A DNA stretch of 64,000 nucleotides from the NCBI GenBank assembly GCA_964016885.1, contig CAXHJY010000366.1, forward strand, positions 29,001 to 93,000. Direction: 5' to 3'. This document shows, in pieces, positions 27,101-40,830 of this stretch; position 1 is the stretch's first letter, and each line of letters begins with the position of its first letter. Source of the stretch: Eledone cirrhosa. Its lineage: Eukaryota. Position numbers and translations under genes: made by a program. The notes under the pieces were generated by a model. That model had not been told where the DNA came from. It saw only the letters and a list, made by a program, of their open reading frames with translations, and made no database searches.

Positions 27101-30100
27101 GTGGTGGTGGCAATGATATACCGGAGGTGTTGACATCACATTCTCTCTTTCTATATATATGGTAGTAGAAGTGGTGGTTGTGGCAATGATATACCGGAAG
27201 TGTTGACATCACACTCTCTCTTTCTATATATATGGTAGTGGAAGTGGTGGTGGTGGTGGCAACGATATACCGGAGGTGTTGACATCACACTCTCTCTTTC
27301 TATATATCTGGTAGTTGAAGTAATGGTGGTGGTGGTGTCAATGATATACCGGAAGTGGTGACATCACACTCTCTCTTTCTACATATATGGTAGTGGAAGT
27401 GGTGGTGGTAGTGACAACGATATACCGGAAGTGTTGACATCACACTCTCTCTCTTTCTATATATATGGTAGTAGAAGTGGTGGTGGTGGTGGTGGTGGTG
27501 GCAATGATATACCGGAGGTGTTGACATCACACTCTCTCTTTGTATATATATATGGTAGTGGATGTGGTGGTGCTGGTGGTGGTGGCAATGATATACCGGA
27601 AGTGTTGACATCACACTCTCTCTTTCTATATATCTGGAAGTTGAAGTGTTGGTGGTGGTGGTGGCAATGATATACCGGAAGTGTTGATATCACACTCTCA
27701 CTTTCTATATATATGGTAGTTGAAGTGATGGTGGTGGTGGCAATGATATACCGGAAGTGTTGACATCATACTCTCTCTTTTTATATATATGGTAGTGGAA
27801 GTGGTGGTGGTGGTGGTGGCAATGATATACCGGAAGTGTTGACATCACACTCTCTCTTTCTATATATATGGTAGTTGAAGTGGTGGTGGTGGTGGTGGCA
27901 ATGATATACCGGAGGTGTTGACATCACACTCTCTCTTTCTATATATATGGTAGTTGAAGTGATGGTGGTGGTGGCAATGATATACCGGAAGTGTTGACAT
28001 CACACTCTCTCTTTCTACATATATGGTAGGTGAAGTGGTGGTGGTGGTGGCAATGATATACCGGAAGTGTTGACATCACACTCTCTCTTTCTACATATAT
28101 GGTAGGTGAAGTGGTGGTGGTGGTGGCAATGATATACCGGAGGTGTTGACATCACACTCTCTCTTTCTATATATATGGTAGTGGAAGTGGTGGTGGTGGT
28201 GGCAATGATATACTGGAAGTGTTGACATCACACTTTCTCTTTCTATATATATGGTAGTGGAAGTGGTTGTGGTGGTGGCAATGATATACCGGAAGTGTTG
28301 ACATCACACTCTCTCTTTCTACATATATGGTAGGTGAAGTGGTGGTGGTGGTGGCAATGATATACCGGAGGTGTTGACATCACACTCTCTCTTTCTATGT
28401 ATATGGTAGTGGAAGTGGTGGTCGTGGTGGCAATGATATACCGGAAGTGTTGACATCACACTCTCTCTTTCTATATATATGGTAGTGGAAGTGGTGGTGG
28501 TGGTGGCAATGATATACCGGAGGTGTTGACATCACACTCACTCTTTCTATATATATATATGGTAGTGGAAGTGGTGGTGGTGGTGGCAATGATATACCAG
28601 AAGTGTTGACATCACACTCTCTCTTTCTATATATATGGTAGTGGAAGAGGTGGTGGTGGTGGCAATGATATACCGGAAGTGTTGACATCACACTCTCTCT
28701 TTCTATATATATGGTAGTTGAAGTGGTGGTGGTGGTGGCAATGATATACCGGAGGTGTTGACATCACACTCTCTCTTTCTATATATCTGGTAGTTGAAGA
28801 GGTGGTGGTGGTGGCAATGATATACCGGAAGTGTTAACATCACACTCTCTCTTTCTATATATATGGTAGTTGAAGTGGTGGTGGTGGTGGCAATGATATA
28901 CCGGAGGTGTTGACATCACACTCTCTCTTTCTATATATATGGTAGTTGAAGAGGTGGTGGTGGTGGCAATGATATACCGGAAATGTTAACATCACACTCT
29001 CTCTTTCTATATATATGGTAGTTGAAGTGGTGGTGGTGGTGGCAATGATATACCGGAGGTGTTGACATCACACTCTCTCTTTCTATATATCTGGTAGTTG
29101 AAGTAATGGTGGTGGTAGTGGAAATGATATACCGCAAGTGTTGACATCACACTCTCTCTTTCTATATATATCGTAGTGGTGGTGGCAATGATATACCGGA
29201 TGTGTTGACATCACACTCTCTCTTTCTATATATCTGGTAGTTGAAGTGGTGGTGGTGGTGGCAATCATATACCGGAGGTGTTGACATCACACTCTCTCTT
29301 TCTATATATCTGGTAGTTGAAGTGGTGGTGGTGGTGGCAATCATATACCGGAGTTGTTGACATCACACTCTCTCTTTCTATATATCTGGTAGTTGAGGTA
29401 ATGGTGGTGGTGGTGGAAATGATACACCGGAAGTGTTGACATCACACTCTCTCTTTTTATATATATGGTAGTGGAAGTGGTGGTGGTAGTGGAAATGATA
29501 TACCGCAAGTGTTGACAACACACTCTCTCTTTCTATATATATGGTAGTGGAAGAGGTGGTGGTGGTGGCAATGCTATACCGGAAGTGTTGACATCACACT
29601 CTCTCTTTCTATATATATGGTAGTTGAAGTGGTTGTGGTGGTGGCAATGATATACCGGAAGTGTTGACATCACACTCTCTCTTTCTATATATATGGTAGT
29701 GGAAGAGGTGGTGGTAGTGGAAATGATATACCGCAAGTGTTGACAACACACTCTCTCTTTCTATATATATGGTAGTGGAAGAGGTGGTGGTGGTGGCAAT
29801 GCTATACCGGAAGTGTTGACATCACACTCTCTCTTTCTATATATATGGTAGTTGAAATGGTGGTGGTGGTGGCAATGATATACCGGAAGTGTTGACATCA
29901 CACTCTCTCTTTCTATATATATGGTAGTTGAAGTGGTGGTGGTGGTGGCAATGATATACCGGAAGTGTTGACATCACACTCTCTCTTTCTATATATATGG
30001 TAGTAGAAGTGGTGGTGGTGGTGATGGCAATGATATACCGGAAGTGTTGACATCACACTCTCTCTTTCTATATATATGGTAGTTGAAGTGGTGGTGGTGG

Positions 30101-32775
30101 TGGCAATGATATACCGGGAGTGTTGACATCACACTCTCTCTTTCTATATATATGGTAGTGGAAGTGGTGGTGGTGGTGGCAACGATATACTGGAGGTGTT
30201 GACATCACACTCTCTCTCTTTCTATGTTTATGGTAGTGGAAGTGGTGGTGGTGGTGGCAACGATATACCGGAGGTGTTGACATCACACTCTCTCTTTCTA
30301 TATATATATGGTAGTGGATGTGGTGGTGCTGGTGGTGGTGGCAATGATATACCGGAGGTGTTGACATCACACTCTCTCTTTCTATATATATGGTAGTAGA
30401 AGTGGTGGTGGTGGCAATGATATACCGGAAGTGTTGATATCACACTCTATCTTTGTATATATATGGTAGTAGAAGTGGTGGTGGTGGTGGTGGCAATGAT
30501 ATACCGGAAGTGTTGACATCACACTCTCTCTTTCTATATGTCTGGTAGTTGAAGTAATGGTGGTGGTAGTGGAAATGATATACCGGAAGTGTTGACATCA
30601 CACTCTCTCTTTCTATATATATGGTAGTGGAAGAGGTGGTGGTGGTGGCAATGCTATACCGGAAGTGTTGACATCACACGCACTCTTTCTATATATATGG
30701 TAGTTGAAGTGGTGGTGGCAATGATATACCGGAAGTGTTGACATCACACTCTCCCTTTCTATATATATGGAAGTTGAAGTGGTGGTGGTGGTGGCAATGA
30801 TATACCGGAAGTGTCGACATCACACTCTCTCTTTCTATATATATGGTAGTAGAAGTGGTGGTGGTGGTGGCAATGATATACCGGAAGTGTTGACATCACA
30901 CTCTCTCTCTTTCTATATATATGGTAGTGGAAGTGGTGGTGGTGGTGACAACGATATACCGGAAGTGTCGACATCACACTCTCTCTTTCTATATATATGG
31001 TAGTAGAAGTGGTGGTGCTGGTGGCAATGATATACCGGAAGTGTCGACATCACACTCTCTCTTTCTATATATATGGTAGTGGAAGTGGTGGTGGTGGTGA
31101 CAACGATATACCGGAAGTGTTGACATCACACTCTCTCTCTTTCTATATATATGGTAGTAGAAGTGGTGCTGGTGGTGGTGGTGGTGGTGGCAATGATATA
31201 CCGGAGGTGTTGACATCACACTCTCTCTTTGTATATATATATGGTAGTGGAAGTGGTGGTGGTGGTGACAACGATATACCGGAAGTGTTGACATCACACT
31301 CTCTCTCTTTCTATATATATGGTAGTGGAAGTGGTGGTGGTGGTGACAACGATATACCGGAAGTGTTGACATCACACTCTCTCTCTTTCTATATATATGG
31401 TAGTAGAAGTGGTGGTGGTGGTGGTGGTGGTGGTGGCAATGATATACCGGAGGTGTTGACATCACACTCTCTCTTTGTATATATATATGGTAGTGGATGT
31501 GGTGGTGCTGGTGGTGGTGGCAATGATATACCGGAAGTGTTGACATCACACTCTCTCTTTCTATATATCTGGAAGTTGAAGTGTTGGTGGTGGTGGTGGC
31601 AATGATATACCGGAAGTGTTGACATCACACTCTCTCTTTCTATATATATGGTAGTAGAAGTGGTGGTGGTGGTGGCAATGATATACCGGAAGTGTTGACA
31701 TCACACTCTCTCTTTCTATATATATGGTAGTTGAAGTGATGGTGGTGGTGGCAATGATATACCGGAAGTGTTGACATCACACTCTCTCTCTTTCTATTTA
31801 TATGGTAGTTGAAGTGATGGTGGTGGTGGTGGCAATGATATACCGGAAGTGTTGACATCACACTCTCTCTTTCTATATATATGTTAGTGGAAGTGGTGGT
31901 GGTGGTGGTAATGATATACCGGAAGTGTTGACATCACACTCTCTCTTTCTATATATATGGTAGTTGAAGTGATGGTGGTGGTGGCAATGATATACCGGAA
32001 GTGTTGACATCACACTCTCTCTCTTTCTATTTATATGGTAGTTGAAGTGATGGTGGTGGTGGTGGCAATGATATACCGGAAGTGTTGACATCACACTCTC
32101 TCTTTCTATATATATGGTAGTGGAAGTGGTGGTGGTGGTGGGAATGATATACCGGAAGTGTTGACATCACACTCTCTCTTTCTATATATATGGTAGTTGA
32201 AGTGGTGGTGGTGGTGGCAATGATATACCGGAAGTGTTGACATCACACTCTCTCTTTCTATATATATGGTAGTAGAAGAGGTGGTGGTGGTGGCAATGAT
32301 ATACCGGAGGTGTTGACATCACACTCTCTCTTTCTATATATATAGTAGTTGAAGTGGTGGTGGTGGTGGTGGAAATGATATACCGGAAATGTTGACATCA
32401 CACTCTCTCTTTCTATATATATGGTAGTGGAAGTGGTTGTGGTGGTGGCAATGATATACCGGAAGTGTTGACATCATACTCTCTCTTTTTATATATATGG
32501 TAGTGGAAGTGGTGGTGGTGGTGGCAATGATATACCGGAGGTGTTGACATCACACTCTCTCTTTCTATATATATGGTAGTGGAAGTGGTTGTGGTGGTGG
32601 CAATGATATACCGGAAGTGTTGACATCATACTCTCTCTTTTTATATATATGGTAGTGGAAGTGGTGGTGGTGGTGGCAATGATATACCGGAGGTGTTGAC
32701 ATCACACTCTCTCTTTCTATATATATGGTAGTTGAAGAGGTGGTGGTGGTGGCAATGATATACCGGAAGTGTTAA

Positions 32776-33470
32776 CATCACACTCTCTCTTTCTATATAT
32801 ATGGTAGTTGAAGTGGTGGTGGTGGTGGCAATGATATACCGGAAGTGTTGACATCACACACTCTCTTTCTATATATATGGTAGTTGAAGTAATGGTGGTG
32901 GTAGTGGAAATGATATACCGGAAGTGTTGACATCACACTCTCTCTTTCTATATATATGGTAGTGGAAGAGGTGGTGGTGGTGGCAATGCTATACCGGAAG
33001 TGTTGACATCACACTCTCTCTTTCTATATATATGGTAGTTGAAGTGGTGGTGGTGGTGGCAATGATATACCGGAGGTGTTGACATCACACTCTCTCTTTC
33101 TATATATCTGGTAGTTGAAGTAATGGTGGTGGTAGTGGAAATGATATACCGGAAGTGTTGACATCACACTCTCTCTTTCTATATATATGGTAGTGGAAGA
33201 GGTGGTGGTGGTGGCAATGCTATACCGGAAGTGTTGACATCACACTCTCTCTTTCTATATATATGGTAGTTGAAGTGGTGGTGGTGGTGGCAATGATATA
33301 CCGGAGGTGTTGACATCACACTCTCTCTTTCTATATATCTGGTAGTTGAAGTAATGGTGGTGGTAGTGGAAATGATATACCGGAAGTGTTGACATCACAC
33401 TCTCTCTTTCTATATATATGGTAGTGGAAGAGGTGGTGGTGGTGGCAATGCTATACCGGAAGTGTTGACA
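32776..33470. repeat. Trimeric repeat, 3 x 231 bp
   Basis: GAAGTAATGG..GTAGTGGAAATG at 32886, 33117 and 33348, each followed by a GGAAGAGG..AATGCTAT monomer. Confidence 0.88.
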
Positions 33471-36034
33471 TCACACACTCTCTTTCTATATATATGGTAG
33501 TTGAAGTGGTGGTGGCAATGATATACCGGAAGTGTTGACATCACACTCTCCCTTTCTATATATATGGAAGTTGAAGTGGTGGTGGTGGTGGCAATGATAT
33601 ACCGGAAGTGTCGACATCACACTCTCTCTTTCTATATATATGGTAGTAGAAGTGGTGGTGGTGGTGGCAATGATATACCGGAAGTGTTGACATCACACTC
33701 TCTCTCTTTCTATATATATGGTAGTGGAAGTGGTGGTGGTGGTGGTGGTGGTGGTGGCAATGATATACCGGAAGTGTCGACATCACACTCTCTCTTTCTA
33801 TATATATGGTAGTAGAAGTGGTGGTGCTGGTGGCAATGATATACCGGAAGTGTCGACATCACACTCTCTCTTTCTATATATATGGTAGTGGAAGTGGTGG
33901 TGGTGGTGACAACGATATACCGGAAGTGTTGACATCACACTCTCTCTCTTTCTATATATATGGTAGTAGAAGTGGTGGTGGTGGTGGTGGTGGTGGTGGC
34001 AATGATATACCGGAGGTGTTGACATCACACTCTCTCTCTTTCTATATATATGGTAGTGGAAGTGGTGGTGGTGGTGACAACGATATACCGGAAGTGTTGA
34101 CATCACACTCTCTCTCTTTCTATATATATGGTAGTGGAAGTGGTGGTGGTGGTGACAACGATATACCGGAAGTGTTGACATCACACTCTCTCTCTTTCTA
34201 TATATATGGTAGTAGAAGTGGTGGTGGTGGTGGTGGTGGTGGTGGCAATGATATACCGGAGGTGTTGACATCACACTCTCTCTTTGTATATATATATGGT
34301 AGTGGATGTGGTGGTGCTGGTGGTGGTGGCAATGATATACCGGAAGTGTTGACATCACACTCTCTCTTTCTATATATCTGTAAGTTGAAGTGTTGGTGGT
34401 GGTGGTGGCAATGATATACCGGAAGTGTTGACATCACACTCTCTCTTTCTATATATATGGTAGTAGAAGTGGTGGTGGTGGTGACAATGATATACCGGAA
34501 GTGTTGACATCACACTCTCTCTCTTTCTATTTATATGGTAGTTGAAGTGATGGTGGTGGTGGCAATGATATACCGGAAGTGTTGACATCACACTCTCTCT
34601 CTTTCTATTTATATGGTAGTTGAAGTGATGGTGGTGGTGGTGGCAATGATATACCGGAAGTGTTGACATCACACTCTCTCTTTCTATATATATGTTAGTG
34701 GAAGTGGTGGTGGTGGTGGTAATGATATACCGGAAGTGTTGACATCACACTCTCTCTTTCTATATATATGGTAGTGGAAGTGGTGGTGGTGGTGGGAATG
34801 ATATACCGGAAGTGTTGACATCACACTCTCTCTTTCTATATATATGGTAGTTGAAGTGGTGGTGGTGGTGGCAATGATATACCGGAAGTGTTGACATCAC
34901 ACTCTCTCTTTCTATATATATGGTAGTAGCAGAGGTGGTGGTGGTGGCAATGATATACCGGAGGTGTTGACATCACACTCTCTCTTTCTATATATATAGT
35001 AGTTGAAGTGGTGGTGGTGGTGGTGGAAATGATATACCGGAAATGTTGACATCACACTCTCTCTTTCTATATATATGGTAGTGGAAGTGGTTGTGGTGGT
35101 GGCAATGATATACCGGAAGTGTTGACATCATACTCTCTCTTTTTATATATATGGTAGTGGAAGTGGTGGTGGTGGTGGCAATGATATACCGGAGGTGTTG
35201 ACATCACACTCTCTCTTTCTATATATATGGTAGTGGAAGTGGTTGTGGTGGTGGCAATGATATACCGGAAGTGTTGACATCATACTCTCTCTTTTTATAT
35301 ATATGGTAGTGGAAGTGGTGGTGGTGGTGGCAATGATATACCGGAGGTGTTGACATCACACTCTCTCTTTCTATATATATGGTAGTTGAAGAGGTGGTGG
35401 TGGTGGCAATGATATACCGGAAGTTTTGACATCACACTCTCTCTTTCTATATATATGGTAGTGGAAGTGGTTGTGGTGGTGGCAATGATATACCGGAAGT
35501 GTTGACATCATACTCTCTCTTTCTATATATATGGTAGTGGAAGAGGTGGTGGTGGTGGCAATGCTATACCGGAAGTGTTGACATCACACTCTCTCTTTCT
35601 ATATATATGGTAGTTGAAGTGGTGGTGGTGGTGGCAATGATATACCGGAGGTGTTGACATCACACTCTCTCTTTCTATATATCTGGTAGTTGAAGTAATG
35701 GTGGTGGTAGTGGAAATGATATACCGGAAGTGTTGACATCACACTCTCTCTTTCTATATATATGGTAGTGGAAGAGGTGGTGGTGGTGGCAATGCTATAC
35801 CGGAAGTGTTGACATCACACACTCTCTTTCTATATATATGGTAGTTGAAGTGGTGGTGGCAATGATATACCGGAAGTGTTGACATCACACTCTCCCTTTC
35901 TATATATATGGAAGTTGAAGTGGTGGTGGTGGTGGCAATGATATACCGGAAGTGTCGACATCACACTCTCTCTTTCTATATATATGGTAGTAGAAGTGGT
36001 GGTGGTGGTGGCAATGATATACCGGAAGTGTTGA

Positions 36035-36766
36035 CATCACACTCTCTCTCTTTCTATATATATGGTAGTGGAAGTGGTGGTGGTGGTGACAACGATATAC
36101 CGGAAGTGTCGACATCACACTCTCTCTTTCTATAAATATGGTAGTGGAAGTGGTGGTGGTGGTGACAACGATATACCGGAAGTGTTGACATCACACTCTC
36201 TCTCTTTCTATATATATGGTAGTAGAAGTGGTGGTGGTGGTGGTGGTGGTGGTGGCAATGATATACCGGAGGTGTTGACATCACACTCTCTCTCTTTCTA
36301 TATATATGGTAGTGGAAGTGGTGGTGGTGGTGACAACGATATACCGGAAGTGTTGACATCACACTCTCTCTTTCTATATATATGGTAGTGGAAGTGGTGG
36401 TGGTGGTGACAACGATATACCGGAAGTGTTGACATCACACTCTCTCTCTTTCTATATATATGGTAGTAGAAGTGGTGGTGGTGGTGGTGGTGGTGGTGGC
36501 AATGATATACCGGAGGTGTTGACATCACACTCTCTCTCTTTCTATATATATGGTAGTGGAAGTGGTGGTGGTGGTGACAACGATATACCGGAAGTGTTGA
36601 CATCACACTCTCTCTTTCTATATATATGGTAGTGGAAGTGGTGGTGGTGGTGACAACGATATACCGGAAGTGTTGACATCACACTCTCTCTCTTTCTATA
36701 TATATGGTAGTAGAAGTGGTGGTGGTGGTGGTGGTGGTGGTGGCAATGATATACCGGAGGTGTTGA
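36035..36766. repeat. Trimeric repeat, 3 x 244 bp (78+76+90)
   Basis: Monomer starts at 36035, 36113, 36189 and 36279. ORFs at 36054, 36298 and 36542 (offset 244). Confidence 0.9.
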
Positions 36767-36859
36767 CATCACACTCTCTCTCTTTCTATATATATGGTAG
36801 TAGAAGTGGTGGTGGTGGTGGTGGTGGTGGTGGCAATGATATACCGGAAGTGTTGACAT

Positions 36860-39210
36860 CACACTCTCTCTCTTTCTATATATATGGTAGTGGAAGTGGT
36901 GGTGGTGGTGACAACGATATACCGGAAGTGTTGACATCACACTCTCTCTCTTTCTATATATATGGTAGTAGAAGTGGTGGTGGTGGTGGTGGTGGTGGTG
37001 GCAATGATATGCCGGAGGTGTTGACATCACACTCTCTCTTTGTATATATATATGGTAGTGGATGTGGTGGTGCTGGTGGTGGTGGCAATGATATACCGGA
37101 AGTGTTGACATCACACTCTCTCTTTCTATATATCTGTAAGTTGAAGTGTTGGTGGTGGTGGTGGCAATGATATACCGGAAGTGTTGACATCACACTCTCT
37201 CTCTTTCTATTTATATGGTAGTTGAAGTGATGGAATTGGTGGCAATGATATACCGGAAGTGTTGACATCACACTCTCTCTCTTTCTATTTATATGGTAGT
37301 TGAAGTGATGGTGGTGGTGGTGGCAATGATATACCGGAAGTGTTGACATCACACTCTCTCTTTCTATATATATGTTAGTGGAAGTGGTGGTGGTGGTGGT
37401 AATGATATACCGGAAGTGTTGACATCACACTCTCTCTTTCTATATATATGGTAGTGGAAGTGGTGGTGGTGGTGGGAATGATATACCGGAAGTGTTGACA
37501 TCACACTCTCTCTTTCTATATATATGGTAGTAGAAGAGGTGGTGGTGGTGGCAATGATATACCGGAGGTGTTGACATCACACTCTCTCTTTCTATATATA
37601 TAGTAGTTGAAGTGGTGGTGGTGGTGGTGGAAATGATATACCGGAAATATTGACATCACACTCTCTCTTTCTATATATATGGTAGTGGAAGTGGTTGTGG
37701 TGGTGGCAATGATATACCGGAAGTGTTGACATCACACTCTCTCTTTCTATATATATGGTAGTTGAAGTGGTGGTGGTGGTGGCAATGATATACCGGAAGT
37801 GTTGACATCACACTCTCTCTTTCTATATATATGGTAGTTGAAGTGGTGGTGGTGGTGGCAATGATATACCGGAGGTGTTGACATCACACTCTCTCTTTTT
37901 ATATATATGGTAGTGGAAGTGGTGGTGGTGGTGGCAATGATATACCGGAGGTGTTGACATCACATTCTCTCTTTCTATATATATGGTAGTGGAAGTGGTG
38001 GTGGTGGTGGCAATGATATACCGGAAGTGTTGACATCACACTCTCTCTTTCTATATATATGGTAGTGGAAGAGGTGGTGGTGGTGACAACGATATACCGG
38101 AAGTGTTGACATCACACTCTCTCTCTTTCTATATATATGGTAGTAGAAGTGGTGGTGGTGGTGGTGGTGGTGGTGGCAATGATATACCGGAGGTGTTGAC
38201 ATCACACTCTCTCTTTGTATATATATATGGTAGTGGATGTGGTGGTGCTGGTGGTGGTGGCAATGATATACCGGAAGTGTTGACATCACACTCTCTCTTT
38301 CTATATATCTGTAAGTTGAAGTGTTGGTGGTGGTGGTGGCAATGATATACCGGAAGTGTTGACATCACACTCTCTCTCTTTCTATTTATATGGTAGTTGA
38401 AGTGATGGAGGTGGTGGCAATGATATACCGGAAGTGTTGACATCACACTCTCTCTCTTTCTATTTATATGGTAGTTGAAGTGATGGTGGTGGTGGTGGCA
38501 ATGATATACCGGAAGTGTTGACATCACACTCTCTCTTTCTATATATATGTTAGTGGAAGTGGTGGTGGTGGTGGTAATGATATACCGGAAGTGTTGACAT
38601 CACACTCTCTCTTTCTATATATATGGTAGTGGAAGTGGTGGTGGTGGTGGGAATGATATACCGGAAGTGTTGACATCACACTCTCTCTTTCTATATATAT
38701 GGTAGTAGAAGAGGTGGTGGTGGTGGCAATGATATACCGGAGGTGTTGACATCACACTCTCTCTTTCTATATATATAGTAGTTGAAGTGGTGGTGGTGGT
38801 GGTGGAAATGATGTACCGGAAATATTGACATCACACTCTCTCTTTCTATATATATGGTAGTGGAAGTGGTTGTGGTGGTGGCAATGATATACCGGAAGTG
38901 TTGACATCACACTCTCTCTTTCTATATATATGGTAGTTGAAGTGGTGGTGGTGGTGGCAATGATATACCGGAAGTGTTGACATCACACTCTCTCTTTCTA
39001 TATATATGGTAGTTGAAGTGGTGGTGGTGGTGGCAATGATATACCGGAGGTGTTGACATCACACTCTCTCTTTTTATATATATGGTAGTGGAAGTGGTGG
39101 TGGTGGTGGCAATGATATACCGGAGGTGTTGACATCACATTCTCTCTTTCTATATATATGGTAGTGGAAGTGGTGGTGGTGGTGGCAATGATATACCGGA
39201 AGTGTTGACA
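36860..39210. repeat. Tandem duplication, 2 x 1175 bp (15 monomers)
   Basis: Private CCGGAAATATTGAC at ~37641 and ~38816. CACATTCTC at ~37961 and ~39136. ORFs at 36954 vs 38129. Confidence 0.88.
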
Positions 39211-39284
39211 TCACACTCTCTCTTTCTATATATATGGTAGTGGAAGAGGTGGTGGTGGTGGCAATGATATACCGGAAGTGTTGA

Positions 39285-40830
39285 CATCACACTCTCTCTT
39301 TCTATATATATGGTAGTGGAAGAGGTGGTGGTGGTGGCAACGATATACCGGAGGTGTTGACATCACACTCTCTCTCTTTCTATATATATGGTAGTAGAAG
39401 TGGTGGTGGTGGTGGTGGTGGCAATGATATACCGGAGGTGTTGACATCACACTCTCACTTTCTATATATATGGTAGTGGAAGTGGTGGTGGTGGCGGCAA
39501 TGATATACCGGAGGTGTTGACATCACACTCTCTCTTTCTATATATATGGTAGTTGAAGTGGTGGTGGTGGTGGCAATGATATACCGGAAGTGTTGACATC
39601 ACACTCTCTCTTTCTATATATATGGTAGTTGAAGTGGTGGTGGTGGTGGCAATGATATACCGGAGGTGTTGACATCACACTCTCTCTTTCTATATATATG
39701 GTAGTTGAAGTGGTGGTGGTGGTGGCAATGATATACCGGAAGTGTTGACATCACACTCTCTCTTTCTATATATATGGTAGTAGAAGTGGTGGTGGTGGTG
39801 GCAATGATATACCGGAAGTGTTGATATCACACACTCTCTTTCTATATATATGGTAGTGGAAGTGGTGTTGGTGGTGGCAACGATATACCGGAAGTGTTGA
39901 CATCACACTCTTTCTTTCTATATATATGGTAGTAGAAGTGGTGGTGGTGGTGTCAATGATATACCGGAAGTGTTGAAATCACGCTCTCTCTCTTTCTATT
40001 TATATGGTAGTTGAAGTGATGGTGGTGGTGGTGGCAATGATATACCGGAAGTGTTGACATCACACTCTCTCTTTCTATATATATGGTAGTGGAAGAGGTG
40101 GTGGTGGTGGCAACGATATACCGGAGGTGTTGACATCACACTCTCTCTCTTTCTATATATATGGTAGTAGAAGTGGTGGTGGTGGTGGTGGTGGCAATGA
40201 TATACCGGAGGTGTTGACATCACACTCTCACTTTCTATATATATGGTAGTGGAAGTGGTGGTGGTGGCGGCAATGATATACCGGAGGTGTTGACATCACA
40301 CTCTCTCTTTCTATATATATGGTAGTTGAAGTGGTGGTGGTGGTGGCAATGATATACCGGAAGTGTTGACATCACACTCTCTCTTTCTATATATATGGTA
40401 GTTGAAGTGGTGGTGGTGGTGGCAATGATATACCGGAGGTGTTGACATCACACTCTCTCTTTCTATATATATGGTAGTTGAAGTGGTGGTGGTGGTGGCA
40501 ATGATATACCGGAAGTGTTGACATCACACTCTCTCTTTCTATATATATGGTAGTAGAAGTGGTGGTGGTGGTGGCAATGATATACCGGAAGTGTTGATAT
40601 CACACACTCTCTTTCTATATATATGGTAGTGGAAGTGGTGGTGGTGGTGGCAACGATATACCGGAAGTGTTGACATCACACTCTTTCTTTCTATATATAT
40701 GGTAGTAGAAGTGGTGGTGGTGGTGTCAATGATATACCGGAAGTGTTGAAATCACGCTCTCTCTCTTTCTATTTATATGGTAGTTGAAGTGATGGTGGTG
40801 GTGGTGGCAATGATATACCGGAAGTGTTGA
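39285..40830. repeat. Tandem duplication, 2 x 773 bp (10 monomers)
   Basis: GGCGGCAATG at 39493 and 40266. TTGAAATCACGCT at ~39973 and ~40746. Confidence 0.9.

Larger units (their letters stand above)
30520..37700. repeat. Higher-order repeat of ~2.3-2.8 kb, about 2.5-3 copies, rich in 78-bp and 90-bp monomers
   Basis: ORF-track homologues at 30759/33556/35900 and 30989/33798. Shared GTCGAC, GACAACGAT, (GGT)8 and TATAGTAG..CCGGAAAT variants occur in the same order. Confidence 0.82.
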
